Shown piece by piece: positions 45,655-55,335 of a stretch of DNA of 59,343 nt. This stretch comes from a virus. The stretch lies in the UHGV virus genome UHGV-1362914. One strand, 5' to 3'. The position numbers and the translations under genes are program-made. Each line of letters begins with the position of its first letter. Position 1 is the stretch's first letter. The notes beneath the pieces were generated by a model. It was given only the letters and a program-made list of their open reading frames with translations, searched no databases and had not been told where the DNA came from.

Positions 45655-46945
45655 TGTGGAAATTTCGACGATCTCGGATTCCGCGTCAGAAAGCAATCAG
45701 GCGGGGTGGTGGCACCCCCTTGATTCATTTCAGGGCGCAGAATACTACGCGTTGAACAAAGAGTTCGGCACCGTGGGAAAACACCACGTGGAGATCGTTA
45801 AACGCGCCTCCGATGGTACCTTAACCCGCGGATTGTGCAAGCTGTTTGACGGATCGACAGCGGTTTACAATAACGACATTGGGCATAATAACCCGTCCAT
45901 CGCGGTAGATGGCGACGGCTACATCCATGTCTTTACGTCCATGCACGTTAACCTGCTACGCTATTTCCGTAGTGCGGCGCCGCATGATGTAACGGATATG
46001 GTGGAAGCGTCGTGGTTCTCTCCGGACGCCGACTGGGTATACACCTACCCAACGATCGCCCGTAGTCCGAACGGTGATGTTTACTGCATGATGCGCGCCG
46101 GAGTCCGAAGCTCGGTAGGCGCAAACAAGCAGCTCGGCGTCATCTATAAATACTCGGTGGCCAGTAAACTCTGGTCCCGCCTGGCGCCAGCTGCGGAGAA
46201 CGTTGGCCGCGCGGTATACCCTGATGACTTGTCGGCTCAGAATGACGGCCTGCATTTGCTTTTCCAGTGGGCGCCGTACCCTGCCTCTGCGGTTCGGCAT
46301 ATCGGGGAATACGGCATTATCGGGACCGATGGTCTTATGCGTAACGTCACCGGGGAACAAATCCCGATGCCGGTGACGCAGGGGCTGATGGCTTATAAAC
46401 CGTTGCAGCCCGGTGAAAACCCCGGTTCCGGAACAGGACTGACCATTGGCATCCAGTCGGCCAAGTTCGCCTTTGAAAATGGTGCGCTGTCGCACATTAC
46501 CTTCCGTTTCCGCACAGAGGATGATCCGGAAGGGACGTACTTCACCAAATTTGGGGTATACGTCACGCACTGGGATGGGTCCGCGTGGGTGGAGGAACGC
46601 ATTGCTTATGTTCCTCCGGAAATCGGCAACACGTCGGCGGCACTCGCTGCCACAGTTAAAGACGGCGTTCGCCGGGTGTATTTCTCTATCGAGTACACCT
46701 CCGGGGGAAATGTCGTTGCAGTAATCTGTATCGCGGAGAATAAAGGTACCGGATGGGTATTCTCACTACTGGGAAGCCCGGCACCGCAGTTACTTCGTCT
46801 TGGCTCGGCACCTGCGTCAAACGGTGATGCGATCTACGTTTCGTCCCCGTATCAGGGTTTGGTGAGTCGGTATATGGTCCCTTACGACTATACGCCGGTA
46901 CAACAGTTTACTAACTTCAATGACCTTCTAAATAACCTTCCATAA
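45647..46945 (+). CDS. putative tailspike / receptor-binding protein (beta-propeller, BNR-like)
   Basis: 432 aa, last gene of the rightward block, high GC. Repeats such as DGDGYIHVF and DGSAWVEE. Confidence 0.4.
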   Translation: MADVEISTISDSASESNQAGWWHPLDSFQGAEYYALNKEFGTVGKHHVEIVKRASDGTLTRGLCKLFDGSTAVYNNDIGHNNPSIAVDGDGYIHVFTSMHVNLLRYFRSAAPHDVTDMVEASWFSPDADWVYTYPTIARSPNGDVYCMMRAGVRSSVGANKQLGVIYKYSVASKLWSRLAPAAENVGRAVYPDDLSAQNDGLHLLFQWAPYPASAVRHIGEYGIIGTDGLMRNVTGEQIPMPVTQGLMAYKPLQPGENPGSGTGLTIGIQSAKFAFENGALSHITFRFRTEDDPEGTYFTKFGVYVTHWDGSAWVEERIAYVPPEIGNTSAALAATVKDGVRRVYFSIEYTSGGNVVAVICIAENKGTGWVFSLLGSPAPQLLRLGSAPASNGDAIYVSSPYQGLVSRYMVPYDYTPVQQFTNFNDLLNNLP

Positions 46946-46946
46946 A

Positions 46947-46970
46947 TAAAGGGCCGAATGGCCCTTTATT
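46947..46970. terminator. bidirectional rho-independent terminator AAAGGGCC-GAAT-GGCCCTTT between the convergent blocks
   Basis: Perfect 8-bp stem flanked by an A-run and a T-run. Confidence 0.6.
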
Positions 46971-46978
46971 ATGATTCT

Positions 46979-47098
46979 TTATATAATCACCACTGCTAAC
47001 CATAATAAACCTACTACAGACCACACTGCTGCGTTAAAATAGACAAGCGCCCAACGGCGAGCTTGATAAGCAGGCATTTGCCCGAGCCAGTGCCACAT
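46979..47098 (-). CDS. small hydrophobic protein (39 aa), last gene of the minus block
   Basis: AGGAGG 6 nt upstream of ATG. MWHWLGQMPAYQARRWALVYFNAAVWSVVGLLWLAVVII. Confidence 0.25.
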   Translation of the reverse strand: MWHWLGQMPAYQARRWALVYFNAAVWSVVGLLWLAVVII

Positions 47099-47141
47099 TT
47101 TCATCCTCCTATAAAAACGAGTTAATTCTTAATAAGACTCA

Positions 47142-47176
47142 GACAAGGTAGGTCATAATGTGGTTACTACCTTGTC
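47142..47176. other. 10-bp perfect hairpin GACAAGGTAG/CTACCTTGTC whose 15-nt loop carries the CATAATGTGGTTAC motif
   Basis: Read directly from sequence. Lies downstream of the DNA polymerase gene. Confidence 0.4.
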
Positions 47177-47322
47177 GTTTCACGATAGAGTATCGTCCCT
47201 GACACTCTATCGTGTCAACTAGTAGCGAAGTAAATTCTGCCTTAAAGCTTCAATCTGTATTGCTACAAAAATAGATATCAAACTTCTACGAAAACGAACT
47301 TGACCTATTTTACCAGCATTCA

Positions 47323-49287
47323 TTATTGATACCCCATCATTTCAAGATATTTGTTAGCTTTTGCTATGTAGGTTTCATGGTTAAGGTCTTCTGGAAACTC
47401 CTCAGGTAATTCCATCATCGGAACACCACCTGTTGAGTTTGTCACCTTGTTACCAGAAGCAGCATAAACCATTTCAGGCGAATCTTCAGGCCCATAATAC
47501 CAGCGCACAACCTTGCCTAGGTAGTGCCCGTTGCAAACCGCTCCCCCCTTAACGTTGCGCACTACTGCAAATTTACGCACATCGCGACATTCGCGTATTG
47601 TTTGTTCTACGGGTATATTATCCTTCAGCTTAGCCCTTACAGCTTCTACGATAATCTCACCTGTTGGGTTTTTTGACAACCCCGAGTCAGCAAACCAGCC
47701 TTTACATTTCAAATGACCATCATCAGTGATGGCAACATAGTTGTTAACGTTTGCCGAGAATAGGGCTCGATAGAAATTAGATTCCATTTCAAATCCCGTT
47801 TGCTTCTCCCACCAACCAATGATAGTTTCAACGAGCTGTTCTTGTTCTTCCGCATAATCAATAACAATACCATCAGTGTTAGCGGATATAACAGGAATAC
47901 CCATCAACTCGAAAGCTTCAATAAGCATTAAGAGTGACAACTGACCAGTGATGGTTACCTGGATGAGCAATTGCGGAGCATATAATACTGACCACATTGA
48001 GCCCAGCTTACCAAATGAACCGTTGATAACGATCTTCAGTGTCTGGGCAGTTTTCTTGTCTCCTGTATGTTTAGCGCGAACACGTCTGTCAACGATCTTC
48101 TTATAAACACGAAGGAATACTTCTCCGAGGTGCTCAGGGAACAGTCTCTGACCTAATATTACACTAGGGTAATAGGAGGTTACGTCGATATCACGTTTTT
48201 TACGCCCCTTAACGTATCGGTGACAGGCAGCTTCTTCGGTTGAGTGCAGGCCGCCAATCCCCATTTGGTAAGTTGCATTACCAATATTGATACGGAGGTT
48301 TTTAAGCTGCCAAGGTAGTTCAACAGAACCTTTATCGCTAATGACAAAATCGCATTTCTTAATTAAGTCTATAACGCTACGCATCAAAGGAGTCTGATAA
48401 ACTAAGAAGCCAGGAACGTTGTACTTATAACGCCTACCTGGCTCTACCCTTGCTCGTTGTACGCGCTTGCGGGTAATACGCTGTATTTCGTGGCGTATTA
48501 CGTCCTCTGCAATTTGTGCATCGGAACGGGAACGAAGATCGACACCATATTCCTTAGACATGATTTCACGCAAGTGAATTTCATCTTCTAAAGCTAGGAA
48601 TAGCGATTCGGTTGCGTCCAGGTCGTTGATACAGTAATGGCGCACAATAAGCATATGATCATGGGTAAGCATCATATTTGGCGGGAAAGGTAGATCTTGT
48701 AGTCGCTTACGATGTAAACGTCCAGCACGTTGTTTCAAGCTACCGCCAGCGGGTGCCACTTCCATGACGTCAATGTGGTTAAGCTTTAATCGATCTAGCC
48801 CTGCTTCTTTTAAAATGTCGCTAGGACGCCAATCTTCTAAGATGATACGATCAGTGGCTTGCTTCATTTCGGAATTAGTTGCCCCATTAAGGGCAAGGGT
48901 TAAGATTGGTTCATCATACCCAAGACCGTTGTAGCTGACTAATAAGAAGTTATGAACTACCCAATTCAACCATTCTACATTTAATTCGCATCCAAGATAC
49001 TTTTCAAAGTAGATAACTTTTTGAGTCTTAACGTTGCGGAATGCGATTAAGAAATAGTTAGGATAACACTCGATATCGAATACATGTGGCTCACCTGCTT
49101 TCTGGGCCTCCATGAGTTCTTCAACCGTGTACATGTTAACAACTGCCCGTCGTGCTTCGTCAATGCCCGGTAAATAGTCCGGACGTTCCCAAGTACGTGG
49201 CGGCGGCGTGCGTTTGATCTTTTCTTTCTTAACTTTCGGAGGTGGTGGTAAATCCTGCCAGAAAAAACCAATGGCATCTGTTCTCAT
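47323..49287 (-). CDS. DNA polymerase, family B, with 3'-5' exonuclease domain
   Basis: FDIECYPN (Exo I), YNGLGYD (Exo II), DVTSYYPS (motif A), KIVINGSFGKLG (motif B), ANTDGI (motif C). Confidence 0.75.
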   Translation of the reverse strand: MRTDAIGFFWQDLPPPPKVKKEKIKRTPPPRTWERPDYLPGIDEARRAVVNMYTVEELMEAQKAGEPHVFDIECYPNYFLIAFRNVKTQKVIYFEKYLGCELNVEWLNWVVHNFLLVSYNGLGYDEPILTLALNGATNSEMKQATDRIILEDWRPSDILKEAGLDRLKLNHIDVMEVAPAGGSLKQRAGRLHRKRLQDLPFPPNMMLTHDHMLIVRHYCINDLDATESLFLALEDEIHLREIMSKEYGVDLRSRSDAQIAEDVIRHEIQRITRKRVQRARVEPGRRYKYNVPGFLVYQTPLMRSVIDLIKKCDFVISDKGSVELPWQLKNLRINIGNATYQMGIGGLHSTEEAACHRYVKGRKKRDIDVTSYYPSVILGQRLFPEHLGEVFLRVYKKIVDRRVRAKHTGDKKTAQTLKIVINGSFGKLGSMWSVLYAPQLLIQVTITGQLSLLMLIEAFELMGIPVISANTDGIVIDYAEEQEQLVETIIGWWEKQTGFEMESNFYRALFSANVNNYVAITDDGHLKCKGWFADSGLSKNPTGEIIVEAVRAKLKDNIPVEQTIRECRDVRKFAVVRNVKGGAVCNGHYLGKVVRWYYGPEDSPEMVYAASGNKVTNSTGGVPMMELPEEFPEDLNHETYIAKANKYLEMMGYQ

Positions 49288-49288
49288 T

Positions 49289-50263
49289 TTATACCCTTTC
49301 TCTTTGACCTAAGAGTATGCCTCGTAAGTTCTTACCAAAGAACGTGCAGGGGTTAGGATAGAGCGTCAAGTCTGCTGTGTCCACATTGTCCTTTAGCAAC
49401 ATTAAGATTTCTAACGCAAATATGCCGCGAATAGACTCATCTTGTAGTCGATAAGACGCACCTTCGCTTTCGTCCGCATGGGTTCTTACTACCCCTTCTT
49501 CGATATAAACCCTGCCGCTATCCGTAGCAAAAGGTTTCAGCTTAGCAAGCGCCTCAAAAAGTACTGGATCGATAGTTGTCGGGTTACTTTTAACTTCAAA
49601 CAAGCGATCGATTTCTAAAGGCCATTCATTCTCCATTAAGGTGCTCTTCATCCAGCAACCTGATTCGTAATGGAAAGTGATCGAGTTCTTTGTTACTTGC
49701 GCTCGAACTGGTGCCTCTTTAATCTTAACCAGTGCTTCGCAAGCTTCACTAGACAATACAACATCAAGAGGAAATGGGCTACCAAACCAATACTGAGCAA
49801 TAGTAACGTTATTTGTGGCGTAGGCAGACCCTCCTTTAATAAGTACAGACATACAGAATCGACGAGAAGCATCAGTGCCGATAAAAGGACTAACAGTTTT
49901 AATAGCAGTGACAAGTTCGGCTCCGTTAATTTCATAAAACTCTCCTTCCGGGTCGACGTGAGCGGATATTTCATCCGTACAAGGTATGTTGGCTTTAAAC
50001 GCTCCGGACTTAATATGTAGCTTACCGTTTGCTAATAGCGTTAACTGCGTTGCGTCCTCGCAGTTTGCTATCGCCTTTACCATTGGGATTGCTTCCGGGG
50101 CGCACTCTACGGCTAACGGGATAGGCGCAGCCATTGCAATAACCCCGTTAGTGGCGCGGACCATCCCATCCTTGATCAAAAAGTGGGTAGTACCTGGAAC
50201 AAAAGCACGTTTACCCACTGCCGATGATGCGAATTTAAGTGCTTCAAGCATCTTCCATTTCAT
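49289..50263 (-). CDS. putative sliding-clamp-like processivity factor
   Basis: 324 aa, adjacent to the polymerase. The N-terminus (MLEALKFASSAVGKRAFVPGTTHFLIKDGMVRATNG) recalls the start of the beta clamp. Confidence 0.35.
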   Translation of the reverse strand: MKWKMLEALKFASSAVGKRAFVPGTTHFLIKDGMVRATNGVIAMAAPIPLAVECAPEAIPMVKAIANCEDATQLTLLANGKLHIKSGAFKANIPCTDEISAHVDPEGEFYEINGAELVTAIKTVSPFIGTDASRRFCMSVLIKGGSAYATNNVTIAQYWFGSPFPLDVVLSSEACEALVKIKEAPVRAQVTKNSITFHYESGCWMKSTLMENEWPLEIDRLFEVKSNPTTIDPVLFEALAKLKPFATDSGRVYIEEGVVRTHADESEGASYRLQDESIRGIFALEILMLLKDNVDTADLTLYPNPCTFFGKNLRGILLGQRERV

Positions 50264-50407
50264 CCTTACAAATAAAAACTATTGAAAGATAGGGTTCGTG
50301 GAGATTGATATGAACAATACGAGTTATAATGTTTTGGTTCTCATACATTCTTTGAAGTTCCTCAACAGGATAGAGAAGAAAGTGTTTACCTAATAATTTA
50401 ACACTCA

Positions 50408-51331
50408 TCAGAATAACTCCATTATCGTTGGTTCGAATATACGGGAGTGTTTATCTAAATTGATACGATCTGCGATCTGGCGATAGCTCCACATATTGAA
50501 GGTGGCGCGAGTTTCATATATTGTGGTTAAACGCTCAAGTTCGAAACCGCTCTCTTCAATAACCTTGTCTATATAAGCCCTTTCAAGTGGGTTAAGGGTG
50601 AGTACGTGTCTACCGGCTTCGTGTATGGTTCCGGCTTTTTCTGAAACACGATAAGGTACCCCATTGGGGATAAACATTGAGCCATAAGCTCCGAATTGAA
50701 TCCAGGATGATGAATCGACGCTATACCAAGGGTATCGCTCCATAACACGGACAGAGGTGATCCCGAAGGCATGGAATTTGGCTTTAGGGCGCCCTGCCCC
50801 GTCAATGATGTATCTTTCCCAGATCCGGTCAAGCCATGTGATGAGTTGCTCAACAGTCTTTCCGACCATGCCTCCAAGGGTAATGTAGGGATATTTTGAC
50901 ATGTAATATTCAAGATATCGTTCATCCTCGCCGAAGTGAAAACAGGGTAAAGGAGTAACTCCTCTGGCTTCCATTTCGTTTTGATTTCGCCAAGTCTGAA
51001 GGGGATCTCCGATTCCGTCGAGTACAGAGGCCATAATGACTCCATCATCCTTTCGGATAATGTCTTCGTTTTCTTGAATGTATTTGCAATAGCCAGGTAA
51101 GCTGATCGTTGCTCCCATGTTCCAAGCAGAGAAAGCCCCTGAGTCAAGAAATACCTGAGCTCCGTCGGCCCGCATTTCATCGACATATTTCTGGCGATTG
51201 ACATAGTGATATGACTCCAGGATGTTGGGTATGGTATCCACAATTTCAGCTTCGCGTTCGTTCAGCTTTGGATAAGTTGACTGACCTTTGCGAAATCCGT
51301 TTGTGTAAACAGCCGCAAGATATAAGTTCAT
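50408..51331 (-). CDS. dpdA: DpdA, 7-deazaguanine DNA transglycosylase (TGT-like TIM barrel)
   Basis: FLDSGAFS and other TGT/DpdA-like segments. Clustered with folE, queD, queE and queC. Confidence 0.7.
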   Translation of the reverse strand: MNLYLAAVYTNGFRKGQSTYPKLNEREAEIVDTIPNILESYHYVNRQKYVDEMRADGAQVFLDSGAFSAWNMGATISLPGYCKYIQENEDIIRKDDGVIMASVLDGIGDPLQTWRNQNEMEARGVTPLPCFHFGEDERYLEYYMSKYPYITLGGMVGKTVEQLITWLDRIWERYIIDGAGRPKAKFHAFGITSVRVMERYPWYSVDSSSWIQFGAYGSMFIPNGVPYRVSEKAGTIHEAGRHVLTLNPLERAYIDKVIEESGFELERLTTIYETRATFNMWSYRQIADRINLDKHSRIFEPTIMELF

Positions 51332-51561
51332 TATGCCACCAATTCAAACCAATCATTGATACGTTTTTCTAAAGCACGTTTAGCACCGTCGATGGTTGAA
51401 AATGAGTTGGTGCTTTTTGGCATACCGGGCAGCAAAAGACGCGCGTCGCATTTACTACCATCATGCAATGTAGTGATTACAGCTACTTTGATTTGATTAA
51501 TATAGGCGAAGGTTGCGTCACGGTATTTAAATTTCCCTGAACGCCAAATGATCTCTTTCAT
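51331..51561 (-). CDS. hypothetical protein in deazaguanine island
   Basis: ORF between folE and dpdA. Confidence 0.35.
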   Translation of the reverse strand: MKEIIWRSGKFKYRDATFAYINQIKVAVITTLHDGSKCDARLLLPGMPKSTNSFSTIDGAKRALEKRINDWFELVA

Positions 51562-51617
51562 ATTATCTCCAATAAAAAAGGCCCATCTCTGGGCCTAATT
51601 ATATACTACGTTTTTAA

Positions 51618-52268
51618 TCATTTACAGGCTTCAAGGAACTCGCGCCGCCACATCAAACCTTCTTCATCAATGTAGCCATCGACCGGGTTAGTCGCCCCGC
51701 GGAAAGCCTTTGTAATTGTGCTTGAGCCACATACCTGTTTAACGCCCCGCGATTCCATGCACATATGCTTGGCGTCAATATAAACGCAAACGGCCAGCGG
51801 TTGCAGGTGTTCCTGGATAGCGTCCGCGATTTGGTTAGTCAGCCGTTCCTGTACTTGAAGGCGCCGGGAAAAAGCATCAACCACACGAGATAACTTGCTA
51901 AGCCCAACGATTTTTCCATTGGGGACATAGCCGACCACAGCGCGACCAATGATAGGGGCCATGTGATGCTCACAATGGCTATAGACAGGAATATCACGAA
52001 CGATAACCATTTCATTCGAACCTTCCGCACCATCTTCAAAAACTTTGAACAAGCTAGCGATGTCAACATCGTATCCGCAGAACCAGGTAGCGTAGGCTTT
52101 CGCTACGCGGGTAGGTGTTTCACGCAGACCTTCGCGCAGAAGATCGTCAGGACGCTCAATAACGCGCAGCACATTCACGATCAGTGTTTCAATTTCGCTA
52201 ACGTTGCGCGGGTCGTCGATCTTCGTGTCGCTGTAGGTTTCAACCGATTCGAATTTTAACTGTTCCAT
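51618..52268 (-). CDS. folE: GTP cyclohydrolase I
   Basis: CEHHMAPI and VGLSKLSRVV motifs. QVQERLT. Start overlaps the queD stop. Confidence 0.8.
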   Translation of the reverse strand: MEQLKFESVETYSDTKIDDPRNVSEIETLIVNVLRVIERPDDLLREGLRETPTRVAKAYATWFCGYDVDIASLFKVFEDGAEGSNEMVIVRDIPVYSHCEHHMAPIIGRAVVGYVPNGKIVGLSKLSRVVDAFSRRLQVQERLTNQIADAIQEHLQPLAVCVYIDAKHMCMESRGVKQVCGSSTITKAFRGATNPVDGYIDEEGLMWRREFLEACK

Positions 52269-52789
52269 TATTTGGTATACTCCACGTGACATTTTGAGGT
52301 TTCTTCAATGCGGCATTCTACTAATTCAACGCCGTAAGGGTCGAGCAGCTCAGGCCCGATTACTTCGACCATATAGGCCGCCAGGTTTTCAGCAGTTGGG
52401 TTGAACGGTAGCTGTACCAGAGAATCAATAAAATGAGCGTGATCATTATCTACGACATAACCTTCACGCAAATCAGACGCAAGATCCCTTAAACCGTTAA
52501 TTAATTCATCCCTAGCCCAATACAGAAATTTATGATCCCAATTGTTCTCAAGCCATTCGCAGAGTGTAGACTTAACAACACTGAAGTCGATAACACGACC
52601 GACAGAATCAAGACACATATGAGATTCTTGTGCCCCTGCTTTTGGTTTCATACCTTTAGCTTGTATTTTCGGTGCAACTTTAAAATGAAATTTGTAATTG
52701 TGGCCATGCAGGTGACGACATTTACTTTCGTGACCTACTACCCGGTGTCCAGCGCAAATTTCGTGAGTACGAATTACAGAGTATGACAT
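52268..52789 (-). CDS. queD: 6-carboxy-5,6,7,8-tetrahydropterin synthase
   Basis: CxxxHGH motif (CRHLHGHNY). C/H/E catalytic residues. Confidence 0.8.
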   Translation of the reverse strand: MSYSVIRTHEICAGHRVVGHESKCRHLHGHNYKFHFKVAPKIQAKGMKPKAGAQESHMCLDSVGRVIDFSVVKSTLCEWLENNWDHKFLYWARDELINGLRDLASDLREGYVVDNDHAHFIDSLVQLPFNPTAENLAAYMVEVIGPELLDPYGVELVECRIEETSKCHVEYTK

Positions 52790-52984
52790 TTAAACTTCCT
52801 CGCATTCTGGTAAAATGTCTTCATTGTTCTCGCTTACAAACATTAATTCGTGACCTCTATGCTTGTCAAGAAAGCTAACAATATCATTTGAAGACGAAGT
52901 TGGACGGACTTCATCGGGATAACCTTGAGCAATATCCATGCACTTTTTACAGGACTTACATACAATATAGTGATTTGTGCTCAA
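52790..52984 (-). CDS. small Cys-rich protein (CxxC-x2-C)
   Basis: CKSCKKCMD. Confidence 0.35.
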   Translation of the reverse strand: MSTNHYIVCKSCKKCMDIAQGYPDEVRPTSSSNDIVSFLDKHRGHELMFVSENNEDILPECEEV

Positions 52985-53026
52985 TCTTATTCACCTCAGT
53001 TAAAGCCTTCCATGGCTAGCCCATTG

Positions 53027-53512
53027 TTAGGCGACTGTTAAGCCGTTTCGTTTACGGCCTTCGTAGATGACATATAATACAGCCGATGCTGCGAATTTGG
53101 AAAGGCTCATTGCGATGATCGACCCCCACGAAGCGAATCCAATCATATGCAGGAATATGAATGAATCAACCGGAACGGCTATGAATGAGCTTATTACCAC
53201 CCGCTGATGGAAAGGCTTTTTCGTGATCGTAAAGATAGTATAGTCTAGCAACTCGCTAACAGCAAAAGAAGTCACAGACGCCACTACCACAACGGGATCG
53301 CCCAACCACCAGCTAATTAAACACGCTAGCGCTATAGCCCACAGGACGTTATGGCCAGCGCTGCGCTGCGCATAATCGCGCAGGACGAACACACAGCCCA
53401 CGAAGAACGCCATAAGCGGAACAGGGCCCAGCGGAGTGGTTACAATCGGCAGATAACTAAAGCCGAGGTTTACGAAAACAACCATTAACAGATATGCGAT
53501 GATGAATTTCAT
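53027..53512 (-). CDS. YhhQ/VUT-family (DUF165) membrane protein, putative preQ0/preQ1 precursor transporter (short form)
   Basis: Multi-TM protein. VLRDYAQRSAG matches DLTVRIFGAPLAR of YhhQ, and AVPVDSFIFL matches NVSDTLAFF. Confidence 0.5.
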   Translation of the reverse strand: MKFIIAYLLMVVFVNLGFSYLPIVTTPLGPVPLMAFFVGCVFVLRDYAQRSAGHNVLWAIALACLISWWLGDPVVVVASVTSFAVSELLDYTIFTITKKPFHQRVVISSFIAVPVDSFIFLHMIGFASWGSIIAMSLSKFAASAVLYVIYEGRKRNGLTVA

Positions 53513-53776
53513 TTAGTTCACCTTATCGTAAGTAAGTTCAAAAATATCAGGTTTGCAAGGATAAAGTTCACCTTTTACACCCCGGATAATATAATCACCG
53601 CTATCTGCTCGGTGATCCCCTTCTAGAGTTTTTATGATTAAATGATCACCATTGTCAATGACAATACCCTCTATCACGGCGCTAGCAAACCACCCTGGCA
53701 AAGTTCCATTTGAGTAGTCAAGAAATGGTTGAAACTGAAAAGCCTCAATCTCAACTGGTTTTTTACGAAATTTCAT
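53513..53776 (-). CDS. hypothetical protein in deazaguanine island
   Basis: ORF. Confidence 0.35.
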   Translation of the reverse strand: MKFRKKPVEIEAFQFQPFLDYSNGTLPGWFASAVIEGIVIDNGDHLIIKTLEGDHRADSGDYIIRGVKGELYPCKPDIFELTYDKVN

Positions 53777-54381
53777 TTTGTCTTTTCCTGATATTGGAAT
53801 AAAGCACGCTCAACAGAGGACAGGATATCAATCAAGTCCTGCTCGTAGTCTTTGTGTCCGCGCTTACCAGCAGCCAGAAGCTTCTTAATGGCATGTTGCA
53901 AGGCGCCAGAGGTTACTTCAAAACAATCAATCACGTCGTAAACATCAACAAAAACGCCGGGCTTGATTTCACGCTTGTACTTGTCGTTAGCGTAGTGCAT
54001 GATCGGACCTTGCGCACAGACAGTACCTTCAAAGTATCCTTTGTTGGCAAAAGTCGGATTAGGAAATATCCGACGTCTACTTGATATACGCCAACAATTT
54101 ATTCCGTTTGCAGGAAAAGTTTCAACAGCGGGCGCGACGTTATACTCTAATTTAACGTGAGCATCGTTAAGATTAACGTCTTGAAGCAATTTACCGTCAT
54201 TGGTTTCAATATCGAAATTAAAACCCTCTATATGTAAATGGCTTAATGCGTCCAATGAAGTTCTCTGACCCGCAAAGCTTTTATTATGAAGAGTTACCCA
54301 CCCACCTTCTTGAATATTACCGCGAAGAGATGGATAAACTTCGCTTAACGTAATTTCAGGTGATGAAATTTTAGTATTCAT
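53773..54381 (-). CDS. hypothetical protein (203 aa), candidate deazaguanine-pathway accessory enzyme
   Basis: Start set at MNTKISS (GGAG RBS); the track's N-terminal extension overlaps queC out of frame. No recognised motifs. Confidence 0.4.
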   Translation of the reverse strand: MNTKISSPEITLSEVYPSLRGNIQEGGWVTLHNKSFAGQRTSLDALSHLHIEGFNFDIETNDGKLLQDVNLNDAHVKLEYNVAPAVETFPANGINCWRISSRRRIFPNPTFANKGYFEGTVCAQGPIMHYANDKYKREIKPGVFVDVYDVIDCFEVTSGALQHAIKKLLAAGKRGHKDYEQDLIDILSSVERALFQYQEKTK

Positions 54382-54415
54382 AATTTCTCCGAGGCGCATC
54401 CTTGCGCCGGGACGA

Positions 54416-55150
54416 TTAGAAGTTAAAAGGGTTGGCTTGAATAAAGGCTTCAAAACCGTTTGCGCGGAGTTTACAAGCCGGGCACTCGCCGCAGCCATAG
54501 CCCCATACGAAGCTAGTATTGTGGTCACCATTATAGCAGGTGTGACTATCTTCGAGAACTACCGTTAAGAAGTCAACTGCTTTGGCCAGCGCAAAAGTTT
54601 CGGCTTTATTTAACCACATTAATGGCGTATGGATTTTAATGTTAGTTTGATAACCGAGGTTTAGGGTTTCTTCAAGTGAACGAATGAATTCGTCACGGCA
54701 ATCTGGATAACCGCTATAGTCAGTTTCACAAACACCAGTAATGAGGCTATCCGCTTCGACTTTTTGCGCATAAGCGTGGGCCGTGGTTAAAAAGAGGGCG
54801 TTACGATTCGGCACAAAGGAAGCCGGAAGGTTAGCGTTTTGGGTATGTTTAGCGCTGACATCGCCTTGTTCAGTTCCGCGAATGAGCGCACTGTTCCCGA
54901 TAGATTGCAGGGCGGGAATTGAAAAGACGGTAAACGGTACGCCGTGTTCTTCACAGATACGCTTAGCGCAGTGGATTTCAACTTCGTGCTTTTGCCCATA
55001 TACGAACCCTACAGCGTGTACAGTTTTAAAGTTGCGAAGGGCGAGCCCTAAGCAAGTTACGGAGTCCTGGCCGCCAGACAGGACAACAACGGCGGAGTTA
55101 CCCTTCACGGATTCAACAACTTCGTTTACTTTCAATGCGGATACTTTCAT
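54416..55150 (-). CDS. queC: 7-cyano-7-deazaguanine (preQ0) synthase
   Basis: VVVLSGGQDS PP-loop. C-terminal Cys cluster CYNG...CGECPAC. Confidence 0.85.
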   Translation of the reverse strand: MKVSALKVNEVVESVKGNSAVVVLSGGQDSVTCLGLALRNFKTVHAVGFVYGQKHEVEIHCAKRICEEHGVPFTVFSIPALQSIGNSALIRGTEQGDVSAKHTQNANLPASFVPNRNALFLTTAHAYAQKVEADSLITGVCETDYSGYPDCRDEFIRSLEETLNLGYQTNIKIHTPLMWLNKAETFALAKAVDFLTVVLEDSHTCYNGDHNTSFVWGYGCGECPACKLRANGFEAFIQANPFNF

Positions 55151-55164
55151 GGGTATTTCCCCTA

Positions 55165-55335
55165 TTACGGTTCGTTAGTGATGACAACAATTTGCTCGCT
55201 GAAACCTTCAGGAGACATCTTTTCTTGAATTTCTGAAACAATGTGATTCTGTTCCAGGAATTCTTTTATCTGACGCAGAATAGTCGTCTTACCTGAAGCT
55301 ACAGGGCCCGAAACAGCAACAATTATCTTGCTCAT
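55165..55335 (-). CDS. mini P-loop protein (56 aa, Walker A only)
   Basis: MSKIIVAVSGPVASGKTTILRQIKEF...; ATGA-coupled to the upstream ORF. Below the track cutoff. Confidence 0.3.
   Translation of the reverse strand: MSKIIVAVSGPVASGKTTILRQIKEFLEQNHIVSEIQEKMSPEGFSEQIVVITNEP

Noticed and set aside
44016-46570. Multiple opposite-strand ORFs (44016..44561, 44230..44700, 45142..45423, 45956..46570 and others) in the fiber module
   Set aside because: They are a consequence of locally high GC. The plus-strand genes are contiguous with RBSs and end at a shared terminator.
50569-51243. 224-aa ORF in an alternate frame of the same strand inside dpdA
   Set aside because: The dpdA frame carries the TGT-like motifs and spans the whole gene. 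The alternate frame has no start context.
51839-52259. Small ORFs overlapping folE (51839..52069 -, 51963..52259 +)
   Set aside because: They lie inside a motif-supported gene.
53773-55150. Possibility of a Gat-QueC fusion (as reported for some deazaguanine phages) joining queC and the downstream 203-aa ORF
   Set aside because: queC ends with a clean stop at 54416. The downstream ORF is in another frame, has its own GGAG RBS, and lacks the N-terminal Cys of class II amidotransferases. They are treated as separate genes.
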